A stretch of DNA of 64,000 nucleotides from Scyliorhinus canicula (lineage: Eukaryota). Shown here one piece after another: positions 36,008 to 48,597 of the stretch. Within the stretch, counting starts at the first letter, position 1. Each line of letters opens with the position of its first letter. The translations under genes were made by a program, and so were the position numbers. The stretch lies in assembly GCF_902713615.1 (NCBI RefSeq), contig NC_052146.1:85143982-85207981 (forward strand), read 5' to 3'. The notes under the pieces were generated by a model that had not been told where the DNA came from, ran no database searches, and saw only the letters and a list, made by a program, of their open reading frames with translations.

Positions 36008-36990
36008 CAGTGTTTTTAAAACGTTTTTGCCTGGGACCCATTTTTATCAGCCAGCCATCGTCAGGACCTATGCCGACCGACCTTCATGACCCACCATTTT
36101 CTGTTTCCTTTAGTGCAACAGGTGAGCCTGCTTGGTCCTCACAATTTTACTCCAATAAGGTTCATAGGAGGAGAGGGCTATGTGCATATCAGGTGCTGGG
36201 TTCAGCCAATTCCTTTGTGCTGTCTTCATCTTTCTGAAGATGGAAAATCCAATCTCGCACATGTAGGTCGTTGTGAAAGGCAACATCAACAAAATGCTTG
36301 GTTTACTCAGCACTGGATGCTCCTCGGAGATGCGATTCCCAGAATGCTGACAGCCTCATTGACTTGTGCCATGTTTTTAATGTGCTGTCACAGGTGAGGT
36401 GCAGAAGTTCAGTTTCTTCATTTGGAGTCAGCTGTCAGTTAATAATTGATTCTGGAGTGTCAAACTCAAAGGGATTTTTCATCCACCTCTTCCCTTTCAA
36501 CATTGGAACATCTCCTCTGGAAAGTAACGACAAAAGCAGTTGATCAGCACAGACAGATGCAACTGAATAAAGCTTGCCAGTCTATTGACAGTTCCTTCAC
36601 TAACACTGTTTTCTTCGATGTGTCATAGCAGTGTGGGGAACATGTAGTAGTTTTGGCTTTGCATTCGCACTTGCCAAATTTTCAATGACTTTTGGAAAGA
36701 ATCGGCTTCTTCACAGTTCCAAAACCAATCATCAATCTTCCCTTGTAATTTGAGGTTCAGTTCATTTAGAATTGAAAAGTTGTCTGCAAGGTAAGACATA
36801 GTTAACTTCCAAGTTTCACCAGCAAATGAATCAGCTAAGAGGGGATAAGTTTTCAAGGTTGAAAGTGGGAATTTGATACCTCAGTTCATAAACTCTGACT
36901 AGTACCCAACCCCTTGACAGCCAACGAACTTCTGTGTGCAAAAATAAATGTGTGTGCTTGGCCCTCATATCAGAACTCTGAATGGGACAA
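36008..36990 (-). pseudogene. Decayed hAT (Charlie/Buster-type) transposase 3' half with terminal repeat
   Basis: HTEVRWLSRG, YLAD.FSILNELNLKLQG, PFTTTYMCEIGFS..KTAQRNWLN..DMHIALS..KQAH.. dimerisation domain; CAGTGTTTTTAAAAC terminus at 36008. Confidence 0.9.
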
Positions 36991-37041
36991 GGTAATTCAG
37001 TTCCACTAAAGCTTTAGCCTTGCGCCACACAGGATTTAGTT

Positions 37042-37395
37042 TCTGTTTGTCAACATTGAATCCATTGAATCCCTACAGTGGAGAAGGAGGCCATCTGGCC
37101 CATTGAGTCTTCACCGACCCTCTGAAAGAGTCCCCTACCTTGGCCCGTTTCCCTACCTGATCCCCATAACCTCAGCTAACTTGCACATCTTTGAATACTA
37201 ATAGTTAATTTAGGATGGCCAATCCACCTAACCTGCACATTTTTGGACTGAGGGAGGAAACGGTAGCACCCGGAGTAAACCCACACAGACACGGGGAGAA
37301 TGTACAAACTCCATACAGACAGTGACCCAAGGCCAGAATTGAACCGGGGTCCCTGGCTCTGTGAACCAGCAGTGCTAACCACTGTGCCACCATGC
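37042..37395 (-). mobile_element. HE1-like V-SINE
   Basis: Head, V-domain and CR1-type tail present. Confidence 0.88.
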
Positions 37396-37464
37396 CACTG
37401 ACATGTGGAGGCACAGCTGAGGGCTTGCTAATGGAGAGTTTGTGTACTGACGGACAGCCCTGCA

Positions 37465-37820
37465 CATAGAACATAGAACATAGAACAGTACAGCACAGAA
37501 CAGGCCCTTCAGCCCTCAATGTTGTGCCGAGTCATGATCACCCTACTCAAACCCACGTATCCACCCTATACCCGTAACCCAACAACCCCCCCCCCTTAAC
37601 CTTACTTTTTTTAGGACACTACGGGCAATTTAGCATGGCCAATCCACCTAACCCGCACATCTTTGGACTGTGGGAGGAAACCGGAGCACCCGGAGGAAAC
37701 CCACGCACACAGGGGGAGGACGTGCAGACTCCACACAGACAGTGACCCAGCCGGGAATCGAACCTGGGACCCTGGAGCTGTGAAGCATTTATGCTAACCA
37801 CCATGCTACCCTGCTGCCCC
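37465..37820 (-). mobile_element. HE1-like V-SINE, young subfamily with (TTCTATG)n tail
   Basis: Almost identical to 53990-54340. Confidence 0.92.
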
Positions 37821-38457
37821 AAAAGAGCACATTTGACTCTTTTTTGCATTTCTGCTGGCCAGCGGTGTGGGTTGTAAATGAGAAGCAAACTAACACCAAC
37901 TAAACTCAGAAACCTGAAATTGACACTTTAAAACAAAATGGAGTTGAGAGTTCAGGTGACTGTTTATTTCCTGGCAATGCATATGGAACTACAAGACCTC
38001 CTGAGCTAATCTTCATGTCTGGATAAGTCTTGAAAAAGTTATTAAAATGTAAATGATCTTTTTGGGCATTTCTTTGACAAGTCATTAAATGCAAAATACC
38101 TTTCCAGTGGTTAATAGCCGACCTTCTCAAAATAATTAATTAAACTAGTTTTGCAATACTTTTGAAGAAATTTTGACTCCAGAGTTGAAATCCAGAAAAT
38201 GGGTGCGGAATTTGTGATATTAAGGCACCATTCTTTGGCAATAGCCTAGCCACCAGAAACTATTTTTGAGAACAATGAAAAAAATATGCTCTGGTCACAT
38301 GACCAGATTCTGATAAGGGGATTTACTGCATTTTTATGCGGTAAGTGCATTGCAATCACACGCTTGAGTGATTGGAATGCACTTACCTCTCTTCGATGTG
38401 GTTGATGTTTGTGAACATTGGGGTTTCAGCATTTAGAGTCACTCACCCATGAGGGGA

Positions 38458-38756
38458 GATTATAGATTATAGAGAAATACTGCACTGAACAGGCTCTTCG
38501 GCCCACAATGTTGTGCCAAACTTTTGTCCTAGGTTAATCATAGAATTTTGGACACTAAGGGCAATTTAGCATGGCCAATCCACCCAACCTGCACATCTTT
38601 GGACTGTGGGAGGAAACCAGAGTACCCGGAGGAAACCCACGCACACACGGGGAGGATGTGCAGACTCCACACAGACAGTGACCCAAGTCGAAATCGAACT
38701 TGGGACCCTGGAGCTGTGAAGCAATTGTGCTATCCACAATGCTGAGGTGCTGCCCT
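38458..38756 (-). mobile_element. HE1-like V-SINE, short-tail variant
   Basis: Head GGGCAGCAC, V-domain, CR1-like tail. Confidence 0.88.
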
Positions 38757-38974
38757 TAATAATGAATTGAAGCTGGAGGTGTTTTGTGGAAGCTGGCAAT
38801 CACTGCCCACTACTAGAAATTAATGAATAGCGCGCAGCTAATGGATCTGAAGAATTCAAACATAGGTCACAGCTGTTTACTTTCCAGGAATGGACACCTG
38901 GTGCTTCCAGGTAAGTGTTACAACTGTACATTCTGTTACTGTCCCCGTCTGGACTGCTCTCCAGCTTCCAGACA

Positions 38975-39265
38975 GGGTTTTTTTCTGGGGGGGTCTATGG
39001 GGTGGATCTCTAGTTAGGGGGTCCCTGTGCGGGGGTCCCTCTAGTTAGGGGGTTTCTATGAACGGTTCCTTTAGTTAGGGATTCCATGTGGGGGGTCCAT
39101 CTAGTTAGGAGGTCTCCATGGGGGATCCTTAGCTAGGGTGTCCCTGTGGGGTCTATCTCATTAGGGGGTCCCTGTGGGGGTCTCCTGATTACTAGGGTTC
39201 CTGTGGGGGATCTCCTATCAAAAGGGGTCCCAGTGGGGGGGTCCCCCTATTAAGGGGGTCCCAGT
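38975..39265. repeat. Degenerate ~30-bp G-rich tandem repeat (GGGGTCCCTGTGGGGGGTCCCTCTAGTTA-like)
   Basis: About 9 diverged units; similar in style to 45365-45520. Confidence 0.7.
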
Positions 39266-40312
39266 TAATGCCTTAGCATCGGAAAATTTCCTAAGGTGCT
39301 TTCCTGAGAGGACAGACACAAAGTACTAGAATGGAAGCCAAACCACAGAGGGATTTGACAATGTTACGACAGTTTTACAGGTTTATCATTGTCCCTGCAA
39401 ATTGGTTTCCTGTCATTTCAAAATTCCTGATGACATTTTGAAATGATCAGCAGGATGATGGCAGCAGGATTACAATTTTGGGTGATGTTCTAAATTAGGA
39501 AGAAGAAAGTTATCCAGAGTTCTTGCTCCTGGCCAGCTTCCAGCCAGCTTGGCTGGAAGTGTTAGCTGGTGGACATTGGATGTGGGCAGGACTTATGTGT
39601 GATGCCCGCCCTCCGCTCCCCATGATATTGAACGGTCTGTGGAAATTCACGTTCACACATGGATAATGTGAAGAGTCAATGGGAAGGAAAAATTGGAGAG
39701 AATTGATTTTTTTAAAAGCATATTAAAATACAGGAAAAAGCCAACATTAAATCTGATCTTTAATATATCAGTTCAAGGAGCAGTCTATGCAGCAGTCTCT
39801 AACTTAGAATCAATAAGAATGAAAGAATCTATGAAAATAAAATGTCAAAGTGGTTAATATTGCTACATAGCTTCACATTTTCTCCAGTCTGACGTGCAGC
39901 GATGAATCCACAGGTCTTTCTCAATCCCTCTGATTTAATCTCAGTTTGCAAATATTTGCACAGATGAGAGCTGGAATCGAAGGGAGCCATGTTCAGGTGC
40001 CCAGAAAAGGGACAATTAATGTGTACTATCACGCATGGGACGTGTTATATTTTCAATAATGATTTATCTAAAATATATATATTACTCTTGAATCCACCAG
40101 GATGATAAAATGACCAATAGTCTTCTTGTTGAAAGATGAACTATTGAATGAATAATAAAATAATAAACTGTGAGTCCTTTTACTTAATGCTAAACTAACA
40201 ATAAAGAATTAAAGTACAATACAGATAACTATGTAACTATACACTGTTATAACAAACTAGTTCTAACTTCTCTCACTCTAGCTATTCTGTGTCTTGCTTG
40301 TTCAAGAACATA

Positions 40313-40533
40313 AGAACATAAGAACTAAGAGCAGGAGTAGGCCATCTGGCCCCTCGAGCCTGTTCCGCCAGTCAATGAGATCATGGCTGATCTTTTGTGG
40401 ACTCAGCTCCACTTTCCGGCCCAAACACCATAATCCTTAATCCATTTATTCTTCAAAAAACTATCTATCTTTATCTTAAAAACATTTAATGAAGGAGCCT
40501 CAACTGCTTCACTGGGCAAGGAATTGCATAGAT
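40313..40533 (-). mobile_element. CR1 3' end with (TTCTTATG)n tail
   Basis: AAGAACATAAGAAC..AGCAGGAGTAGGCCAT typical CR1 terminus. Confidence 0.88.
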
Positions 40534-40689
40534 ATAAGAACATAAGAAAAAGTTCACTGTTCTGAATCACATCATCATCTGACTTAGAAAAGGCAGGAAA
40601 TCAGTTCTTATAGTATCTGACTGTGAGCTATCTAGTGTTGAAATTTCTGTACTACATTTACATACAGTCATTACAGTGATCATGTATAT

Positions 40690-40918
40690 TGATATCTGAA
40701 ATATCGCTGCAGGAATTACGGGGCAGGAATGATTATCTTCCCTATGGCTCCTCTGCTGAAGGGTGGGGGACCTCCATTTAACAATGTATAAAAGGTCGCC
40801 AATAAGGCACTGACTGGCAAGAGACTCGCTCGGGATCCACTGGGATGTGTACATACCTTACTTGTAAATAAATTAAACTTCTTTATTTTACTGGATGTGG
40901 ACTCCCTGTGTCCTTATC
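40690..40918 (+). mobile_element. Candidate short solo LTR
   Basis: TGATA..TATCA inverted ends, TATAAAA (~40787) then AATAAA (~40868); no TSD found. Confidence 0.5.
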
Positions 40919-41714
40919 AAAGAATGAATGAAAAGGGCATCAAAATATCTACAGATTTACAAGGAAAAATAGAAAAGGTTTGAAATATAAAGCAGGACCA
41001 TGATTATCTGAAGAAAACGGATCCCAGTGTTTCAGATAGAAACTCTTTGCCAGTAAATAGAGATAGATTTTTCTCCATCAGCGATAGCATCTATCTACCT
41101 AATGACCACCCAGCTGTGAGGGGCAGAATCAGGAGAATATCTGCGGGTTAGAACCAATACAACATCATTGTGATTTATTTTACATGCATCAAATAAACGA
41201 TCAGCGTATGTAATCATTCTTTAAAATTTAATACTGCTGCAAATTAAACTTTTTACTGCTCAAAATGGGTGAAAAATGGCATCAGATAGTTCTCAGAACT
41301 AGGCCACAGATGGGTCTTTGGCAGGCTGGCTGATTTAGTTTCTAATTTATAACCAATAATGTCACACTTACAGTTTTATATTATCGTAAAGTCCAGATTT
41401 ATTGCTGGCTGCCACAATAGCACAGTCTGAAAGACCAATTCACCACTGTTGGTGAGCATGTCAGCCTTCAATTAATTCCAAAGTTGTGTGCTTAGGAAAT
41501 CAGACAGGGGCATTTTATTGTAAATCTCAAAGTGTGTCAGGTTCTGCCCTTAAAACACAATCACACCACAGATCCAAACCCTGCAACTAATTGCAGGCCC
41601 TTAGAATTTACAAGTATAAAATATAAACTTAGAGGGACACCGTTATAATGTATATTCTGAATCAGAGGAACCCCAAAGAGAACTTATATTCCAGGGCCCG
41701 AGTGTACATTTTTA

Positions 41715-42925
41715 AACTATTTTTTCGGATGTGAGAGTCACTGGTGGGTCAACAACTATTGCCCATCGCTCGTTGGCATTCAGAAGGTGGTGGTGAGCTT
41801 CCTTCTTGAACCGCTGCAGTCCATGTGGTGTAAGTACGCCCACAATACTGTTAGGGATTTTGACCCCCAGCGACAGTGAAGGAAAGGCGATATATTTCCA
41901 AGTCAGGGTGGTGAGTGACTTGGAGGGGAACATCCCGGAGGTGGTGTTCCCAGGTACCTGCTGCCCTTGTTCTTCTCGATGGTAGTGGTCATGGGTTTGT
42001 CTGAAGAGCCTTGGTGAGTTCCTGCATTGCACCTTGTACATTGTATTCATTGTTTTTTTTTTATAAATTTAGATTACCCAATTATTTTTTCCAATTAAGG
42101 GACAATTTAGCGTGGCCAATCCACCTACTCTGCACATTTTTGGGTTGTGGGGGCGAAACCCACGCAGACACGGGGAGAATATGCAAACTCCACACGGACA
42201 GTGACCCAGAGCCGGGATCGAACCTGGGACCTCAGCGCTGTGAGGCGGTTGTGCTAACCACTAGGCCACCGTGCTGCCCTAATTGTATTCATTGTTGCCA
42301 TTGTGTGTTGGTGGTGGATGGATTGATTGTTAAAGGCGATATATGGAGTGCCAATCAACTGGACTACCTTGCCCAGAATGATTTTGAGCTTCTTGTGTGT
42401 TGTTGGAGCAGTAGTCAACCAGGAAAGTGGAGAATGTTCCATCACATTCGTGACTTGTGCTTTGCAGACGATGGATAGGCTTTGGGGAGTCAGGAGGTGA
42501 GTTACTCGCCGCAGCATTCCTAGCCTCTGACCTGCCCTGGTAGCCACAGTATTTATGTGGCTAGTCCAGTTCAGTTTCTGGCCAACCTCCAGGATATCGG
42601 TCGTGGGGGATTCAGTGATGGTAATGCTATTGAATGTCAAAGGGAGATGGTTATATTCTCTCTTGTTGGAGATGTCATTGCCTGGTACTTGTGTGGCGCG
42701 AATATTACTTGTCACTAATCCACCCCAGCCTAAATTTTGTTGAAATCTTGTCGCATGTGGACACGGACTGCTTCAGTATCTGACGAGTCATAAATGATAA
42801 GGATCAATACATAATCAATATCGAACATCCAAACTTCTGACCTTATGACGGAAGGAAGGTCATTGATAAAGCAGCAGAAGATGGTTGGGCCTATGACTTA
42901 TCCTGAGGAAGCCCTGCATTGACGT
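41715..42925 (-). mobile_element. CR1/L2-like LINE 3' portion
   Basis: QKLNWTSHINTVATRAGQRLGMLRRV..KAQV..VMEHSPLSW; same family as 1-985. Confidence 0.88.
42055..42279 (-). mobile_element. SINE type B with 15-bp TSD
   Basis: TSD ATTGTATTCATTGTT (42040-42054, 42282-42296). Confidence 0.93.
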
Positions 42926-42936
42926 CCATAACAATC

Positions 42937-43045
42937 AAAAGTAAACTACTGCAGAGGCTGGAAATATAAAATACAAATATAAAATTCTGCAAACACTTGG
43001 CAGGTCAGGCAGCACCAGTGGAAACAGAAACAAAGTTCCAGGTCA
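42937..43045 (-). mobile_element. Penelope-like pLTR fragment (family 2)
   Basis: Reverse complement resembles 51838-51930 (..GCTGCCTGACCTG..TTTCCAGC..GCAGTA). Confidence 0.6.
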
Positions 43046-43049
43046 TAGT

Positions 43050-43230
43050 CATAGAGTTATTCAGTCATACATTACAGAAGAGGCCCTTCAGCCCATCAAG
43101 TCTGCATTGACAAAACTACACAAAATCTACACTAATCCTATTTTCCAGCACTTGGTCCATAACCTTGAATGTTACGACATTTCAAGTGCTCATCCACGTA
43201 CTTTTTAAAGGTTGTGAGGTTTTCCGCCTC
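43050..43230 (-). mobile_element. CR1 3' end fragment
   Basis: ACAGAAGAGGCCCTTCAGCCCATC terminus. Confidence 0.65.
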
Positions 43231-43231
43231 T

Positions 43232-43985
43232 ACTTCTTCTTCTTCTTCGGCAATCACTTGCTAACAAGAATGATTGTCCACCTAAGAAACTCTGTGTTGC
43301 TGGTCATGGGTTCTGTGGGTCCTTGCGTAGCTGGTGAGCTTGATCCTCGACCGGACACTTGGCAGGTGTTTCTGGAAAGTTCAGTCGGTCCTTGGACTCT
43401 AGATTACTGGTATTCCTTGTCTGGGCCTCCCTTTGACGTCGGGAGTCCTCAAAGAATTATGTCGCTTTAAGTTCCTCCAAGTCGGTCATTTCTGAGAAAG
43501 GGTCTCCCAGGCGTTATCATCTATGATGCATTTTCTTGAGGTAAGCTTTTGAGGTGTCTTTGAAATGCTTCCTTGGTCTTCCTCTTGTTCAGGATCCATC
43601 CTTGAGCTGGGCAAGGAAGATTTCCTTTGGCAATTAGGACTCTGACATCCTAAGCACATGGCGGCCCAGCAGAGTTGGTTTCAGATGATCATGGCCTCGA
43701 TGCTGCTGCCCTTGACCCTTTCTAGGATGCTGATGTTAGTACACTTCCCAGCTGATGTGGAGAAACTGTCTCAGGCACCGTTGATGGTACCCCTCCAGGA
43801 CCTTGAAGTGGCTTCTGTACGTAGTCCAAGTTTCTGCGCAGTATAGAAAAGTTGGGAGGACGACTGCTTTGTACATGCGGATCTTGGTGTCAGCACAGAT
43901 GTCGATGTCATCAAAGACTCTCATCCTTAGGTGTCCCAAGGAGGCACCCGCAGATTGGATATGATATTGGATCGCCACGTCCTTT
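43232..43985 (-). mobile_element. RTE/BovB-like LINE 3' end with (GAA)n tail
   Basis: TKIRMYKAVVLPTFLYCAETWTTYR..YHQRCLR..LHISW; (CTT)n at 43233-43248. Confidence 0.9.
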
Positions 43986-44275
43986 CCTGGGATTTCCACC
44001 TTGCCGTGCTCGAGAGGTTTGAACGTTCTGTTGGTTCCGAGAGCAATGCCATCAGGAGTCTTAAACTGTTGGCAGGGTCACCATGATGATAAGGTTGGAG
44101 GGGAGGAACCAGACAAACTCAATCCAAAACCAGTTCTCAACGGTGGATAAGGTGGAAGCTACTCAGATGGCATCAACAGCTGTGATGGCGGATGAAGACT
44201 GCAAAAGTCAGGCGATCCCCAGACGTTGAGATTTCCATTCCACTGGAACTGGACCTATCCTCTGTCACGGACCAC

Positions 44276-45812
44276 TGGCTTGATTCTCCGCCTCGCACCA
44301 ATCGTAGTTGAGTTCCCGATGCGATGGAGAATTCAGCACCGGAAGAAAACAGGACTCCACTGGTGTCGGGATCGAGGTTCATGCCCTGCATTAGCGGGTT
44401 CATTGAGACCGATTTACATCCTATTTATGGGCCAGACACCATATTCTCCGGGTCCACGATTTCTCCTGTCCTCTGGGCCAGAAATGACGGGGATGAGATT
44501 TGGTGTTGGTCCAGACAAGCCTGTGTTTGATGCGGTGGACCTTGCGCTAGGCCGATGGGTAATTCTTTAAGGGAGTTGCTCCCAAAGTCCATTGGAGGGC
44601 CACCCTCCCCCTCAACAAGGTGAGACCTGCCCAGCCCACTGCCAGACTCTCCCCCACCACCTCCCCCACAGAGACCCCTAAATAAAGAGACCCCCCACGG
44701 ACACCTTAAATAAAGAGATCCGGTACACACCACCTAAATGAAGAGATCCCCACACAGACCCCCAAAATAGAGAGCGCCTCATTCAGACCTCCTAAATGAA
44801 GAGACCCCCCAGAGACCCCCTAAATGAAGAGACCCCCCCCCCCCCCCCCCAAAGACACGGGGGCGGAGGTTGTTGGTTTGGTGGTCAATTTTCGGGTTAA
44901 AGGAACCCAAGTTTTATTTGTTGTTGTAGATACGATGAAAATGTGAAAAAGGAGGAGAATGAAAATATTTTGAAAAAAATACCTTAAGTTGAAAATTCCA
45001 GGGGACAGCATGCGACTGCTCAGCACACCCACACCTCCGGAAGTCAGAAATTACTTCTTTAACACTCACCTGGACATACACCTTCTGGCTCAGGCAGAGA
45101 AAGCAGCACCTGACAATTCCTGGAAGAAAAAAACCAGTGAGCTGTGCATAAATCCCCTCAGATCTTTGATCTGCAAACCATTCATTCATTTCTCTTTGAT
45201 ATTGATTTTACTAGGCTGTGATTGACAGATCCCACACACACACAGCTGGCTACACTGTTCCATTAATCTCCCTTCACGGTTGAGTAACTCTAAAGTAATC
45301 TAACTTCAATGTTTATAAAAGTCAACCTTTGATTGACACTGCAAACAGAGTTAAGTGCTGTTAGACAGGGGTCTATTTTCTGGAGGCTTCCTGACAGGGT
45401 CTCTCTTCTGCGGGTCTCTGGGGCAATCTCTTTATTTAGGAGGTTTGGGTCGGTGGTCTCTTTATTTAGGGGGTCTCTTTGGTAGTCTCTTTTTTAGGAG
45501 ATCTCTGGTGGGGGGGGTGCTGGGGAGATGGTTGGGTGACCCCCACACCCCCTGGGGGAGAGGGGTGTGACCTAGAAAATCCCAAGGGGGGCTAAATTAC
45601 ATTGTAAGGAGGGAGAGGCAGCCTCGCTAATGGGCTTCCCGCTCAAAATGGTGGCTGAATAGCTGGATTCCCAAGGAAATCTCTCGCAATCCTTGCCATG
45701 CAAAGAATTGCATAGCTAAGGATTGGGAATCACTTCCTGATTCCCTGCAGGAGCACAAATCAGGTGCAATCCAGCTCCGACTGAGAACATCTCTCAAACA
45801 GAGAATCCCGTC
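44276..45812. mobile_element. Large GC-rich MITE with inverted internal satellite-like blocks and captured L1 fragments
   Basis: GGCTTGATTCTCC ... GAGAATCCCGTCC; AGAGACCCC..TAAATAAAG repeats (44670-44835) mirrored at 45365-45510. Confidence 0.6.
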
Positions 45813-46547
45813 CCATGTGCCTGCTGATGTGTAACGGCAAATCCACATTAAAAGATGTTCAGCTCCAGGCATCAACTAGAGGCAACCAGCATATCCCCCT
45901 TACAGACAAACCCTGCAGCGATCGGCGAGAGGTGGCAGGGACAGGACTGTGAGATCTGGAAGACCCTAGCTTCGGACTAGCACGTAGGTGGTGGAGTTTG
46001 ATTCAGTCATTTTGCTCTTGGGATAGGAACAGAAGAGCATTTGGACAGCTTTCTACATAACTGAGCAGTCCATTTCAGGATCCAAGTTGCTCATTCCACA
46101 TGGGGAACGGGCTAGAAAAGGTGCCCTAAAATGGCTGGAAAACGCATCCAGCAGGTTCATCTACCTGCGGTCAGAAAATCAAAGATACGCTAGAAAATGA
46201 GCACAACAATTGGCTGAAATGGAGAACTGCCCTTGTTTCCCGTGAACTGCCCTGCAAGAGACCCAAAGAGCAGGCAAAGGGCAACTGAGGGAGCTTCCAG
46301 AGAGGAAAACCTGAGCATCAGCCCAGGACACATGGAATTGGTTTCATCATCAAGAACAAATTTGTCAATCGACTCTCAGAGCTCCCTGTCAGCATCAACG
46401 AGCACCTCAAGACTTTCCGTTTTCAACCTGCCAAGAACCAGCAGGCAAAATCTCAAAAGGTTCATTCTGATGGGGTGGAGGAAAACTGGAAAGAGCTGAA
46501 GACAGCCGTCATCTCAAACTGTGAAGAAACTATTGGCTACAAGACCA

Positions 46548-47304
46548 TAGAATCATGGAATTTACAGTGAGGAGGAGGCCATTCGGCCTATCAAGTCTAC
46601 ACTGGCCCTTGTAAAGAACACCCTAATTAAGCCCACACCTCCACCCTATCCCCATGACCCATTAACCCCATCTAACATTTTTTAAGATTGATTTAACGTG
46701 GCCAATCCACCTAAGCTGCACATCTTTGGTCTGTGGGAGGAAACCACAGCACCCGGAGGAAACCCACGCAGACAAGGGGAGAACGTGCAGATTCCACACA
46801 GACAGTGACCCAAGCCAGGGCCGGCTCAAGGCGCCGGCAACTCGGGCAGTCGCCCGGGGCGCCATGTGCTAGGGGGCGCCAGAGACTCGGGTCCCGCGCA
46901 TGCGCAATTGGGCCGGTGCCAACCAGCGCATGCGCGGTGGCCGCCCTCCCCCAGGGCGGCCCCCCCGGCTCGGTCCGCTCCCCCGCTCGGTCCGCTCCCC
47001 CCGCCCCCCCCCCTCGGGTCCGCCCCCCCCCGCCCTCAGTCCGCCCCCCCTCGGGTCCGCCCCCCCCCCCTCGGGTCCGCCCCCCCGCCCCCCCCCTCGG
47101 GTCCGCCCCCCCCGCCCCCCCTCGGGTCCGCCCCCCCGCCCCCCTCGGGTCCCCCTCGGCCCCGCCCCCCCCCAAGGGCGGCGAAGTTCAGCTTGCCCGG
47201 GGCACCAGCAACCCTAGGGCTGGCGCTGACCCAAGCCGGGAATCGAACCTCAAACCCTGGAGCTGTGAAGCAACTGTGCTAACCACTGTGCTACTGTGCC
47301 GCCC
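46548..47304 (-). mobile_element. HE1-like V-SINE interrupted by a hAT MITE
   Basis: SINE reads continuously across 46815/47237. Confidence 0.9.
46816..47228. mobile_element. hAT MITE (413 bp) with internal C-rich minisatellite
   Basis: 8-bp TSD ACCCAAGC (46808-46815, 47229-47236); imperfect TIR CAGGGCCGGC/GCTGGCGCTG; CCCTCGGGTCCGCCCC units. Confidence 0.9.
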
Positions 47305-47837
47305 ATGAAACACCGAGACTGGTTTAACGAAAACGGCCACACCATCCAAGTCTCATTGACAAGAAGCGGAAACCTCTCTGCTCATGGCAAACTGACGTAA
47401 ATAGCAAGGCAAAGAAGAGAACTCATCAATCTGTACTTCTGCACTGTAAATTCTATGAAATATTCTATGAAATCAGCAATGGTGGAGGTACAAACAAGGA
47501 CTAGGAAATGCAAGAACCAATGGTGGACTGGGAAAACTAAGGAGTTGCAGCTCCTCGCCAAGTATGACACGCAGGGCCTCTTCACTGCCACCAAACAATA
47601 TATGGAGTTAACACCAAGTGCGGACAAAGTCAAAGCCACCATTAAACATATGGAGAATGGAAAAGCCGCAGGAATGGACGGGATTGCAGGGGAGATTTTC
47701 AACCTTGGAGGAAAAGCGGTCACCTGTCATCTCCATAAGTTGATCTTGAAAATTTGGGACAGAGAAAAAATTCCAGCCGACCTCAGGGATGCTGTCATCA
47801 CCATCATCTTCAAGAAAGGAAGCGAAGGCAAATATGT

Positions 47838-48335
47838 CTAGACATAGAAAATAGGCGTAAGGGTAGGCCATTCAGCCCTTCAAGCCTGCCCCGCCATTCA
47901 ATATGATCATGGCTGATCCTCTATCTCAATGCCATATTCCCGCTATCACCCCATACCCCTTGATGTCTTTAGTGTCTAGAAATCTATCTATTTCCTTCTT
48001 AAGTATATTCAGTGACTCAGCCTCCACAGCCTTCTGTGGTAGAGAATTCCACAGGTTCACCACCTCGGAGTGAAGACATTTCTCCTCATCTCAGCCCTAA
48101 ATGACCTACCCTGTAATCCTGAGACTGTAACCCTCTTGTTCTAGACCCCCAGCCAGAGGAAGCAACATCCCTACACCCAGTCTGTCAAAATTGTATGTTT
48201 TAATTAGATCCATTCTTCTAAATTCCAGTGAATACAGCCCCAGTCAACCCAATCTCTCCTCATATGACAATCCTGACATCCCAGGAATCAATCTGGTAAA
48301 CCTGTGCTGCGCTCCCTTTAAGGGAACTCTATCCT
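47838..48335 (-). mobile_element. CR1 3' end
   Basis: CATAGAAAATAGG..GTAGGCCATTCAGCCC terminus; TGGAATTCTCTACCACAGAAGGCTGTGGAGGC on minus strand. Confidence 0.88.
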
Positions 48336-48511
48336 TTCCATTATGATCCCGACCCAGACCCCAACAGTGGCTAAGAGACACTTAATTTTGTAAGACTGTG
48401 GGGGAAGGATGTCGCCCTCCAGGAGTGATTTCATACGAAATAGGGATATGGTATATTAAAACAAATGTTATCACTAACACAGTTTTAAAATGTCTTCAGC
48501 ATCACACAAGA

Positions 48512-48564
48512 AGGCTGTCCCGAGCCCGATAAGTCTGGGGCATGCCAGAACATGTGGGCATGGT

Positions 48565-48597
<33 letters not shown>

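Larger units (their letters stand above)
43995..47835 (+). mobile_element. RTE/BovB-like LINE 5' part, deleted and split by nested elements
   Basis: BovB-like leader CCTTGCCGTG..AGGGTCACC..CCAGACAAA; REENLSI/HGIGF EN piece, GYKT..HRDWFNEN, GKAAGMDGIAGEIF..IW..EKIPADLRDAVITIIFKKG. Confidence 0.75.
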
